From Clostridia bacterium (GTDB lineage: Bacteria > Bacillota > Clostridia > Christensenellales > Borkfalkiaceae): DNA of 56,626 bases. The notes under the pieces are model-generated. The model worked only from the letters and a program-made list of their open reading frames with translations, was not told where the DNA came from and made no database searches. Positions 29,901 to 36,431 of this stretch are shown piece after piece; the stretch's first letter is position 1; every line of letters starts with the position of its first letter. The stretch covers positions 1-56,626 of the forward strand of contig JAIDRX010000123.1 of assembly GCA_029061495.1 (NCBI GenBank), written 5' to 3'. Both the position numbers and the translations under genes were made by a program.

Positions 29901-31191
29901 TTATTCCGTCCCCTGAAGTCTCCATTGCAACGTGCTGGTAAAGATTATAGTTCTGTCCTATAAGCACTCTCAGTCCGCCGGCAGTAGAATAATCGTTTTT
30001 AGACATCTCGATTTTAATTACTTCGCCCGCGGGTGCATATAGCCCGGTAAGCTGAGTCGACTCGAGTTTCATATGGGTATACGCCGTAATTTTTTTAACA
30101 ATACGGTGTTCGTCATCGGTAAGTCCGCCTCCGTAATTCGATACGGACGCCGTGTGAGCGTAAAGCTGTTTATATCCGCCGTTTCCGTCGGAAACCTTAT
30201 TGCCGTTCTTTAAAAGATAGCCCTCTGAATCGATTGCATTGTATATACCCTGCGACCTCCACGTAGGAGAAGGCGACAGCGACGTGCTTTCAGCAAAAAT
30301 ACCGTCCCTCTCTTCCTTCGTGTATCCTTTGAGGCTGCTGCCGTAAGTGGGGTACGTCTTAACCCCGTATTTTTCCCTTTCGTCCCGCGTTCCCTCTACG
30401 GGTTTAACTATTTCATTACTAGAAAGAGTGCGTATTACTTCCGACGTCTGGGGAGCGCGCGAAGTTCCCTTTTCGTAACCGCCGGTTACTTTGGTATATT
30501 CTACGCCTGCCCATTCATTGCGGTCAGGACCTGTTTTATTAAAGTTAGCGTCGTCGTCAAATCTGTCGTAATTGTAATTTGCGGCGTCAACGGGCTTGAA
30601 GGGCTGCGACGAATTACACTTTACGCCGAGGCACACGCTCAAAACGATAATTGCAATTAATAGCGCCGCAACACAACTGCTTACAATTGCCACCAGCTTT
30701 TTGTTTGAGAAAAAGGCCTTTACTTCATTTTTAAAGCCGCCGTTTTTATTTTTATTTTTCTTCTTATCTTTGGCGCTCTCCGCAGAAGCAGCTTTCTTTG
30801 TCTCCGCGGTAGTCTTTGCCTCTTTTGCGGGAGCCGCCTTCTTTGTCTCTGCGGCAGGCTTTACCTCTTTAGCGGGAGCGACTTTCTTTGTCTCCGCGGG
30901 GGCTTTTACCTCTTTTGCGGGAGCCACTTTCTTCGGCTCCGCGGCAGGCTTTACCTCTTTTGCTGGTGCAGCCTTCTTTGTCTCCGCGGCAGGCTTTACC
31001 TCTTTTGCGGGAGCGGCTTTTTTCGGCTCTGCGGTAGTTTTTGCCGCAACTGCCGTTTTAGAAGCGCCTGCCGCCGCCTTTGCGGACGCAGCAGGTTTTG
31101 CCGTAGTCTTTGCCGCGGGCTTTACCGCAGTATTCGTTTTTGCGGTTGTGGAAGTTGTTTTAACTTTAGGTTTGGTATCTTTTTCCGCCAT
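26944..31191 (-). CDS. type-II membrane-anchored M60 (enhancin-like) zinc metallopeptidase with PA14-like and F5/8-type-C (discoidin) domains
   Basis: 1415 aa. HEXXH is HEYNH (codons at 29296-29310). Discoidin-like region NMFDGKSDTYYHS...VKDFKIYGS. Single TM around aa 165-190, preceded by a K/A/P-rich repeat tail. Confidence 0.85.
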   Translation of the reverse strand: MAEKDTKPKVKTTSTTAKTNTAVKPAAKTTAKPAASAKAAAGASKTAVAAKTTAEPKKAAPAKEVKPAAETKKAAPAKEVKPAAEPKKVAPAKEVKAPAETKKVAPAKEVKPAAETKKAAPAKEAKTTAETKKAASAESAKDKKKNKNKNGGFKNEVKAFFSNKKLVAIVSSCVAALLIAIIVLSVCLGVKCNSSQPFKPVDAANYNYDRFDDDANFNKTGPDRNEWAGVEYTKVTGGYEKGTSRAPQTSEVIRTLSSNEIVKPVEGTRDEREKYGVKTYPTYGSSLKGYTKEERDGIFAESTSLSPSPTWRSQGIYNAIDSEGYLLKNGNKVSDGNGGYKQLYAHTASVSNYGGGLTDDEHRIVKKITAYTHMKLESTQLTGLYAPAGEVIKIEMSKNDYSTAGGLRVLIGQNYNLYQHVAMETSGDGIKGTGLNRMTDLLSIFEYNDKNGAVNVNGDTVTFYVGSFLGGPIYFRPIKNDVERNISVTISGGVRYQHFILGVTTEEEYKENAKSTAPFFDLEVYESIRFTLPRKSSSHDLTKMTYRDCTDAAVLWDKIAEVSTRVGPNGLSGASAPIYVIGDCYVAAGEAFANPGRNGVVCPLYWFSGWGPLNYNSFVNGGNWGTMHEYNHCWQGYGLAANGEVTNNATTLVSYSLYTRISQGRTSAPGWGNGGWNRFTDPSKALGELLSLGKDGSKRFDLSVYATLLHNIGQENYIEAAHGGSYYDNLVNATHYDMTYYFRDVLNFGIGNAYDSNGTISKDKVNEAKDKNYPMFVPVASVYQVGRSIIRDGKKQYITTAQPFAYGRGELTMDFNNKNNFAAGSFVSKELVIPDGFTVKVVEVTQPENGKVEMLENNLVKYTPKSGKDGLYSGNFRVKLRIVKNNLEFIVEDVDLVINLKQSTANTTLNRTTYVYDEAQKVPATNSVYNAQTGKFDFGEYAETETRKNVCTQETNTQIWQAGWNYDDDVYDKNSTNYRVMPLNRTLQTMEGVMYFSSAGNYRFTLKGRGVATLYLSYDGGKTWENALTISRTSGNAYDNSVYSEHTFSESKNYVYFKVVLLVTKESDFFGVGTSKQNTDGSYPAFSNASNAITSDTVEFDKVLKDDSEKKFETEYLYKNEYTYGYARENKVYASGTKLVSVSHESWDNTVPIANMFDGKSDTYYHSKGGEANYITEAKPFELVVDFGSARTVNRVTFNGYKNSAGNNGMVKDFKIYGSTDGVNYSLVTEVTDSPANAKNMTFNFDTVNIRYYKLVVTKTDNGRYFAMNSIVFSDYLAYTNGKIVSPSDFNVRYIGEWNTENRLCNFGLVYTAKAGSSLEYHFTGSRVAYFANRSEEYGTVDIYIDGKLVAENVDLSADNYAGTTSTLYDRYNYKYVADPLAYIYTGDALSDGEHVLKIVGKSGTFNVESFACWN
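30790..31050 (-). repeat. in-frame 45-bp tandem repeat (about 5.5 copies) encoding KKAAPAKEVKPAAET units
   Basis: Plus-strand unit CTTTGTCTCCGCGGCAGGCTTTACCTCTTTTGCGGGAGCCGCCTT recurs at about 30796, 30841, 30886, 30931, 30976 and 31021 with a few substitutions. Confidence 0.9.
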
Positions 31192-31239
31192 GCAAAATCT
31201 CCTTGATTTACTTCTTATTTCACTTGCATACTTTTTTAA

Positions 31240-31268
31240 ATTATATCACAGCAATTAAAATTCGTCAA
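31240..31268 (-). promoter_or_regulatory. sigma-A promoter (extended -10) of the M60 peptidase gene
   Basis: Minus strand reads TTGACG-17 nt-TATAAT with TG at -15/-14 (TGATATAAT). Confidence 0.7.
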
Positions 31269-31341
31269 TCGCTTGAACGTAGCGGTAATCTAATATATTC
31301 CATAGTTAAATTTACTTGATTATAAGGCTAAAACAATTAAT

Positions 31342-31379
31342 AATCCCCGAGGTGGTAAAACCGCCCCGGGGATTTTTTT
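31342..31379. terminator. hairpin terminator downstream of the DUF1273 / small-ORF pair
   Basis: AATCCCCGAGGTGG-TAAAA-CCGCCCCGGGGATT followed by TTTTTTT. Confidence 0.65.
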
Positions 31380-31418
31380 ATTTAGGTACACGCCACATTG
31401 TAAAAGTTAAATATTTAA

Positions 31419-31574
31419 TTAAATCAACAAAGTTTTGTACCAGTTCCAAGAATCTTTAAGATAATTCCATATATTATCCCCTTGGACTGCATATATCCAA
31501 CAAAATTCAATTACGACTACCGTAATATACAGAGAAATGCCGATTAATATAAACATTAATATCTTATTTTTCAT
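31419..31574 (-). CDS. unannotated 51-aa single-TM peptide, translationally coupled to the DUF1273 gene
   Basis: Not in the ORF track because it is under 60 aa. Sequence MKNKILMFILIGISLYITVVVIEFCWIYAVQGDNIWNYLKDSWNWYKTLLI. ATGA start/stop overlap with the upstream gene. GGGGGA lies 5 nt upstream. Confidence 0.5.
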   Translation of the reverse strand: MKNKILMFILIGISLYITVVVIEFCWIYAVQGDNIWNYLKDSWNWYKTLLI

Positions 31575-32080
31575 TTATCCCCCTTGCATAGGTCAATTAT
31601 CTCGATACGTTTATTTTCTTTATTTGCGTAGTTAATCGTGTACCACGTTCCGCCTTTTTGAATACCGTTAAATACGGCTATTACAAGCTCGCTTTTATCT
31701 ACCATATAGCGGTTACGCTTTAACATACATTCGGTGGTGTACCGCTTAGAAATAAGATGTATTTCGTCCGCACGTTTTAAAATATTGTCATAGCGTAATT
31801 TGTCCGCGCTGTTCCATTTTAAAGTTTGGTTTGGACAGGGAATAGCGCACTCTAACGTGATAGGGTAATAATTTCGCAGGTTCAGGACAATTTCCGCAAA
31901 GTCTAAATCCGTGCCTATAGCCATACCCGAAATAAAGTTTGTTATTCCGTATTGGGTAATTGCAAGCTCTACTTTCCCTTTAAGCATTTTTAAATATGCT
32001 TTATGCTTCTGTTTATCAACGCCGTACTTAAACGGAAAACCTTGCGGGCGGTGCCCCGTGAAACAACAAGTTTTCATCAT
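31571..32080 (-). CDS. SLOG-superfamily DUF1273 / YpsA-like protein
   Basis: 169 aa with N-terminal CCFTGHRP, GMAIGTDLDFAE and C-terminal KGGTWYT motifs typical of DUF1273. Confidence 0.8.
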   Translation of the reverse strand: MMKTCCFTGHRPQGFPFKYGVDKQKHKAYLKMLKGKVELAITQYGITNFISGMAIGTDLDFAEIVLNLRNYYPITLECAIPCPNQTLKWNSADKLRYDNILKRADEIHLISKRYTTECMLKRNRYMVDKSELVIAVFNGIQKGGTWYTINYANKENKRIEIIDLCKGDK

Positions 32081-32098
32081 TTTAATTGTATCATACCG

Positions 32099-32136
32099 TT
32101 TGGTATAAGTAAAATATTTTATTCCATTTGGTATAA
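32099..32136. promoter_or_regulatory. two 10-bp direct repeats (TTTGGTATAA) in the divergent DUF1273/XRE promoter region
   Basis: Identical 10-mers at 32099-32108 and 32127-32136. Confidence 0.5.
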
Positions 32137-32145
32137 AATAGATTT

Positions 32146-32358
32146 ATGAGTAAATATGTAAAATGCTTATCTGAAAATCTTAAAGAATTAATGGGCGAGA
32201 TGAAAGTAAGCGAGTTAGCTAAGAAAGTTAAAATTCCGCAACCGACGCTATCAAGATATTTATTATGTGAAAGGCAAATTACGTTAGATAATCTTGTTAT
32301 CCTGGCGGATTATTTTAACGTGAGTATTGATTTATTAATCGGCAGAAAAGATTATTAA
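32146..32358 (+). CDS. XRE-family HTH regulator
   Basis: 70 aa with VSELAKKVKIPQPTLSRYL...ITLDNLVILADYFNVSIDLLIG. Confidence 0.85.
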   Translation: MSKYVKCLSENLKELMGEMKVSELAKKVKIPQPTLSRYLLCERQITLDNLVILADYFNVSIDLLIGRKDY

Positions 32359-32360
32359 AT

Positions 32361-32489
32361 TCGTGGAATTCCGTAAAATATTATAGCATAAGTAAATTCA
32401 CAAGTCAATTTCGTGGAGTTCCACGAGAGAATTTTTTTAAATTCCATATAATAAATCGTGGAATAACGATAAGAAACTTCACGATTTAT
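32361..32489. promoter_or_regulatory. operator-like repeat array (three TCGTGGA[A/G]T motifs plus a 10-bp inverted repeat)
   Basis: TCGTGGAAT at 32361, palindrome TCGTGGAGTTCCACGA at 32411-32426, TCGTGGAAT at 32456. ATAAATCGTG (32451-32460) is the reverse complement of CACGATTTAT (32480-32489). Confidence 0.55.
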
Positions 32490-32490
32490 T

Positions 32491-32730
32491 ATGAGAACAA
32501 ACGAAGCAATTTTAAAGCGTATCGAGGAGATATGCAAAGAAAAAGGTAAAAATATCTGTAATGCGTGCTTAAACGGTGGCAAGTCGCCTTCGGCTCTTTA
32601 TGACTTAATGAAGGGACGGACGAAATGCCCGAAAGTAATAACTATTAAATGTTTTTGCGAGGGCGCAGGTATTACTTTGTCAGAGTTTTTCGATAGAGAT
32701 TATTTTAACGATTTAGAGGACGACGATTAA
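32491..32730 (+). CDS. helix-turn-helix (XRE-like) regulator
   Basis: 79 aa with the ...LYDLMKGRTK.P...TI..FCEGAGITLSEFF pattern of small clostridial HTH proteins and an acidic tail. Confidence 0.7.
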   Translation: MRTNEAILKRIEEICKEKGKNICNACLNGGKSPSALYDLMKGRTKCPKVITIKCFCEGAGITLSEFFDRDYFNDLEDDD

Positions 32731-32739
32731 CATAAATTA

Positions 32740-32771
32740 AAAAGCAGGAAGTTTAAAACTTCCTGCTTTTT
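32740..32771 (+). terminator. rho-independent terminator
   Basis: AAAAGCAGGAAGTT-TAAA-ACTTCCTGCTTTTT. Confidence 0.85.
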
Positions 32772-32815
32772 ATAGTGCACCATATGCGACCTAATTTTTT
32801 TGTGAGTTTTTTCGC

Positions 32816-33676
32816 TTAAAACATAACGAGAAGGAAGCCCGTTATTACACCTGCAAACAACGCAAAGGCGGGCAGCTTACTGCGCCACATTAAAATAGAT
32901 TCGGGCAAAAGTTCGCCGAAAACAACATACAGCATAGCTCCGCTGGCAAAACCGAGCGACAGCACAAGCATAATATCGTTAATACCGCCGAGCGCAAAAC
33001 CGAGCAATGCGCCGAACACCGTCGGCAAGCCGCTTAATGCGGTAAGAATTACCGCCTTGGGTTTACTCATTCCGCCCGAAATTAAGGGCACTGAAACCGC
33101 CATCCCCTCCGGCACGTTATGCAGTCCTATAACTATTGCAATAATAAATCCGCTGCCCGAAAACACGCTTGCGGCAACATCGGGCATAATTGCATACGAG
33201 GCGCCTATAACCATTCCTTCCGGAAGGTTATGAAGCGCTATTGCAAACATCATTACAAGCCCCGCAACAAACAGATTTGACTTTGAATCTTTATGGGTTT
33301 GGTAGTGGTTAGAGTGAATAAGCTCGTCCAAGTCGTCCGCCGTGGACGGGTGGTTTTTGTCAATGTGATTAACTTCGTGATTAGTCTTTTTGTCTATTAA
33401 AAGGTTTAAAAAATATACGATGAAATAACCTGCTACTACTGCGGCAACAACGATAAGCGGGGTAAGTGAAGGAAGCTTTCCGTCCTTCATCATTTCAATA
33501 GGTTCGCTCATTAAATCAAAACATACCACGGCAAGCATAACACCCGCCGCAAACGATAATAGAAGGCTGACTACTTTATTTGAGTCGCGTTTGAGCACAG
33601 AGCCGACTACACCGCCGAGTCCCGTACCGACAACGCCCGAAATGAATGTTATTAAAATTATAATCAGATAATCCAT
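32816..33676 (-). CDS. zupT: ZIP-family zinc/divalent-metal transporter (ZupT-like)
   Basis: HNLPEGMVIG and GLHNVPEGMAV motifs. The ATG at 33676 (MDYLIIILI...) is preferred over the upstream TTG at 33766. Confidence 0.85.
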   Translation of the reverse strand: MDYLIIILITFISGVVGTGLGGVVGSVLKRDSNKVVSLLLSFAAGVMLAVVCFDLMSEPIEMMKDGKLPSLTPLIVVAAVVAGYFIVYFLNLLIDKKTNHEVNHIDKNHPSTADDLDELIHSNHYQTHKDSKSNLFVAGLVMMFAIALHNLPEGMVIGASYAIMPDVAASVFSGSGFIIAIVIGLHNVPEGMAVSVPLISGGMSKPKAVILTALSGLPTVFGALLGFALGGINDIMLVLSLGFASGAMLYVVFGELLPESILMWRSKLPAFALFAGVITGFLLVMF

Positions 33677-33682
33677 AGACAC

Positions 33683-33710
33683 ATTATAGCATATATGCAC
33701 CATAAAGCAA
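33683..33710 (-). promoter_or_regulatory. promoter of zupT (extended -10), placed for a leaderless transcript
   Basis: Minus strand reads TTGCTT-16 nt-TGcTATAAT, then only 6 nt (GTGTCT) before the ATG. No SD. Confidence 0.5.
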
Positions 33711-33769
33711 GCGTATATAGCTCTTAATAAAAAATACGCCGTGAGTAGTTTTGAGCAGTATAACAAAAC

Positions 33770-33803
33770 AAAGTCCGCAAAGGCATAAACCTTTGCGGAC
33801 TTT
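33770..33803 (-). terminator. terminator of the tRNA transcription unit
   Basis: AAAGTCCGCAAAGG-loop-CCTTTGCGGACTTT directly after the tRNA CCA end, followed by GTTTTGTT on the minus strand. Confidence 0.8.
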
Positions 33804-33804
33804 G

Positions 33805-33881
33805 TGGTGCGCCATAAGGAATTCGAATCCCTAGCCTTTGGTTCCGTAGACCAACGCTCTATCCAGTTGAGCTAATGGCGC
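33805..33881 (-). tRNA. tRNA-Arg (anticodon ACG), CCA encoded
   Basis: Minus strand GCGCCATTAGCTCAACTGGATAGAGCGTTGGTCTACGGAACCAAAGGCTAGGGATTCGAATCCCTTATGGCGCACCA folds as a canonical cloverleaf with anticodon loop CTACGGA. Confidence 0.95.
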
Positions 33882-33894
33882 ATATGTTGTTTAC

Positions 33895-34082
33895 TTGTTT
33901 ATCAAGCACCAAAGGCTGCCTTTGGTTCCGTAGACCTTCTCGCCGGCGGTAAGGTAATCCGCCGCCTCGGTCAACGCGACTGCGCGTATAATGCGCAGCG
34001 CTCACCTCGCTTTGATAAAACAGTGTACTACACTGTTTTAAAAAATCAAAGCTCGTCGCTCTACAAGCTGAGCTACCGGCGC
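33895..34082 (-). ncRNA. chimeric tRNA-like / structured RNA element upstream of tRNA-Arg (function unknown, possibly a decayed tRNA gene)
   Basis: Starts with a tRNA-like acceptor and D-arm (GCGCCGGTAGCTCAGCTTGTAGAGCG) after the same 13-nt leader as tRNA-Arg. Continues into several strong hairpins. Contains a 19-nt copy of the Arg anticodon arm (33918-33936). There is no T-arm. Confidence 0.4.
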
Positions 34083-34178
34083 ATATGTTGTTTACATAAA
34101 CACGGCACACGTGAATTTAAACACATATGCTTTGTGCCTTTATACAAAACGCGGTTAGCAGTTGCTAACAGCTTAATT

Positions 34179-34207
34179 ATTATAGTAAATAACCTTTTTT
34201 TTGTCAA
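34179..34207 (-). promoter_or_regulatory. consensus sigma-A promoter driving the tRNA-like element and tRNA-Arg
   Basis: Minus strand reads TTGACA-17 nt-TATAAT, a perfect consensus. Confidence 0.8.
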
Positions 34208-34225
34208 ACGATTTATGCGCAAAAT

Positions 34226-34846
34226 TTACGCTTTGCTTTTAACCTTCATAAGGCGAACGACTGCGGCGCGCTCGTTTTCGTCAAGTTTAGATTTGATGTA
34301 TTTTATGGTTTCCTGAAGCTGAGGTATCATAACGTACTCAAGCGCGTTTACGCGCCTTTTGTTGCGCTCTATCTCCTCTGCAAGCATACGCACAGCCTTT
34401 TCCGTTGCGGCAAGTTCAACCATTTTAGGCAGAAGCGCCGCCGCCTGAATAACCGAAAAATCCGCCTCGCTCGTAATTTCGGAATACGCGTACGGGAGCC
34501 CCTCCGCCCTTTTTCCGCTTTCAAGCTTTATTTTAGGCACGTCAACGCCCATTACGCTTTCCGTTGCGCACTCAACCTTTAACGCAGTAGAAGGCATTGC
34601 AAAAGCCGCCTCCGCACTGTACGAAGGCGTAACCGAACGCGCGACGGAAAACTGCTTTAAAGTTTTTGACAACTCTTTTTCAACTTCGTCGCGCATGCGC
34701 TTATTTTCCTTAATAATTGCGGAAAAACGGCGCACCATCTCGTCCGATTTATCTTTTAAAAGTTTGTGCCCGCGCTCCGCCGTACTTAAACGGGCTTTAA
34801 GCTTTTTCAGCTCCATGCGCGTGGGGTTGACGTTTAAACGTGCCAT
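34226..34846 (-). CDS. ntpD: V-type ATP synthase subunit D
   Basis: MARLNVNPTRMELKKLKARL...GHKLLKDK, typical of V/A-ATPase D. Confidence 0.95.
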   Translation of the reverse strand: MARLNVNPTRMELKKLKARLSTAERGHKLLKDKSDEMVRRFSAIIKENKRMRDEVEKELSKTLKQFSVARSVTPSYSAEAAFAMPSTALKVECATESVMGVDVPKIKLESGKRAEGLPYAYSEITSEADFSVIQAAALLPKMVELAATEKAVRMLAEEIERNKRRVNALEYVMIPQLQETIKYIKSKLDENERAAVVRLMKVKSKA

Positions 34847-34856
34847 AAAAACCTCT

Positions 34857-35036
34857 CACAAAAATCTCGGCTATTCTGCGCCTGCGATTTTTCGTGAATT
34901 TCAGGGGCTACTCGCCCCTCGTGCCGCAATTTTTAAGGGCACACAAGCGTATAATTGCGGCACTTCATCCTCGGTCAGCCGCAAGTATGCGCAAATGCTG
35001 TGCGCTAACCCAAAAGTGTTATTTTGGGTTGCGCGG
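34857..35036 (-). repeat. structured intergenic repeat, copy 1 (between ntpB and ntpD)
   Basis: Aligns along its length with 38202-38376 (same orientation) and 55146-55320 (inverted). Four to five hairpins are conserved. Confidence 0.85.
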
Positions 35037-35045
35037 TAAAATTAT

Positions 35046-36431
35046 TTAAGAATTATTGCCTTCTTTATGAAGGTATTTATCAATATATGCTTTTCTGATA
35101 CGTTTAAGCTCGCTTTCGGGCAGAATTTTTAAAAGCTCCCAGCCCAAATCAAGCGTTTCTTCTATCGGTCTGTCCGTTTCAAAGCCCTGGTTGACGTACA
35201 CCTTTTCAAACTGTTCGGCAAACTTTGCAAACAGTTTATCCGTGTCGGAAAGCGCCGCCTCGCCCAAAATTGCGGAAAGCTCTTTACTCTCCTTACCGCT
35301 TGAATACGCGGAGAAAAGCTGGTTCATAGTATCCGCGTGGTCCTCGCGCGTTTTGCCGTTGCCTATACCCTTATCTTTAAGTCGCGAAAGAGAGGGAAGC
35401 ACGTCGATAGGCGGGTTAATGCCCTTTTTATAGAGGTCGCGCGAAAGGATAATCTGCCCCTCGGTAATGTAACCCGTAAGGTCGGGAATGGGGTGCGTTT
35501 TGTCGTCCTCGGGCATGGTCAGAATGGGAATCTGCGTTATCGAGCCTTCACTGCCGCGGATTCTGCCCGCACGCTCGTACATGGTTGCAAGGTCGGTATA
35601 CAGATAGCCGGGGTAACCGCGCCTTCCGGGGACTTCACGCCTAGCCGCCGAAACCTCGCGCAGCGCTTCTGCGTAGTTTGTAATATCCGTCATTATAACT
35701 AAGACGTGCATGCCACAGGTGAACGCAAGGTACTCCGCGCAAGTCAAAGCCATACGGGGGGTTGCGATACGCTCTACCGCGGGGTCGTTTGCAAGGTTGG
35801 TGAAAAGCACCGTCCTCTCTATCGCGCCCGTCTTTTTAAAGTCGTCTATAAAGTACTGCGCTTCCTCGAAGGTTATGCCTATCGCGGCGAAAACAACCGC
35901 GAAGTTGCTGTCCGTTCCGCGAACCTTTGCCTGACGAGCTATCTGCGCCGCAAGCTCTGCGTGCGGCAGGCCGCTCATCGAGAATACGGGAAGCTTCTGT
36001 CCTCTTACGAGGGTGTTAAGTCCGTCTATTGCGGAAATACCCGTCTGAATAAATTCGTTGGGGTAGTCGCGGGCGGCGGGGTTTATAGGCTCGCCGTTGA
36101 TGTCCATCAACTTTTCGGGAATTATCGGTGCGCCGCCGTCGCGGGGATTACCCATTCCGTCGAACACGCGCCCGAGCATATCCTTCGATACCGCGAGCTG
36201 CTGGCTGTGGCCGGTAAAGCGCGCCTTCGCCTCAGAAATTTGCAGACCCTGCGAATTTTCAAAAAGCTGAACAACGGCTTTATCAAGATTAACTTCCAGA
36301 ACCTTTCCGCGACGGATTTCGCCGTTAGAGCAGATTATATCTACAAGCTCATTATACTTTACGCCCTTGACGTTTTCAACGAGCATTAAGGGGCCTACGA
36401 CCTCGCGTATGGTTTTATATTCTTTAAACAT
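35046..36431 (-). CDS. ntpB: V-type ATP synthase subunit B
   Basis: 461 aa, [19 protein letters not shown]..., regulatory B-subunit fold. Confidence 0.96.
   Translation of the reverse strand: MFKEYKTIREVVGPLMLVENVKGVKYNELVDIICSNGEIRRGKVLEVNLDKAVVQLFENSQGLQISEAKARFTGHSQQLAVSKDMLGRVFDGMGNPRDGGAPIIPEKLMDINGEPINPAARDYPNEFIQTGISAIDGLNTLVRGQKLPVFSMSGLPHAELAAQIARQAKVRGTDSNFAVVFAAIGITFEEAQYFIDDFKKTGAIERTVLFTNLANDPAVERIATPRMALTCAEYLAFTCGMHVLVIMTDITNYAEALREVSAARREVPGRRGYPGYLYTDLATMYERAGRIRGSEGSITQIPILTMPEDDKTHPIPDLTGYITEGQIILSRDLYKKGINPPIDVLPSLSRLKDKGIGNGKTREDHADTMNQLFSAYSSGKESKELSAILGEAALSDTDKLFAKFAEQFEKVYVNQGFETDRPIEETLDLGWELLKILPESELKRIRKAYIDKYLHKEGNNS

Noticed and set aside
30790-31050. CRISPR-like regular repeats
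   Set aside because: The 45-bp units are contiguous with no spacers, in frame, and inside a long ORF. This is a coding tandem repeat.
30596-31258. 220-aa plus-strand ORF rich in F/A/G
   Set aside because: It is the antisense reading of the K/A/P tandem repeat of the M60 gene. It is a low-complexity mirror image, not a gene.
33895-34082. Intron-containing tRNA (group I intron in the anticodon loop)
   Set aside because: Only about 150 nt follow the 5' half. No T-arm or 3' acceptor strand exists to form a 3' exon. The insert is too short and lacks recognisable P3-P7 core features of group I introns.
33859-34110. 83-aa minus-strand ORF
   Set aside because: It overlaps tRNA-Arg and the tRNA-like structured element. 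Its open frame is fortuitous.
34857-35036. Internal promoters formed by the conserved TATAAT in the repeat element
   Set aside because: TATAAT is conserved on the complementary strand in all three copies. None has a -35 box or a TG extension at the correct spacing, so promoter function is unsupported.
35706-36389. 227-aa plus-strand ORF (with 35337-35702 and 35710-35934)
   Set aside because: It is entirely antisense to the clearly conserved V-ATPase B subunit gene. It has no RBS and an Arg/Leu/Val-rich composition typical of shadow ORFs.
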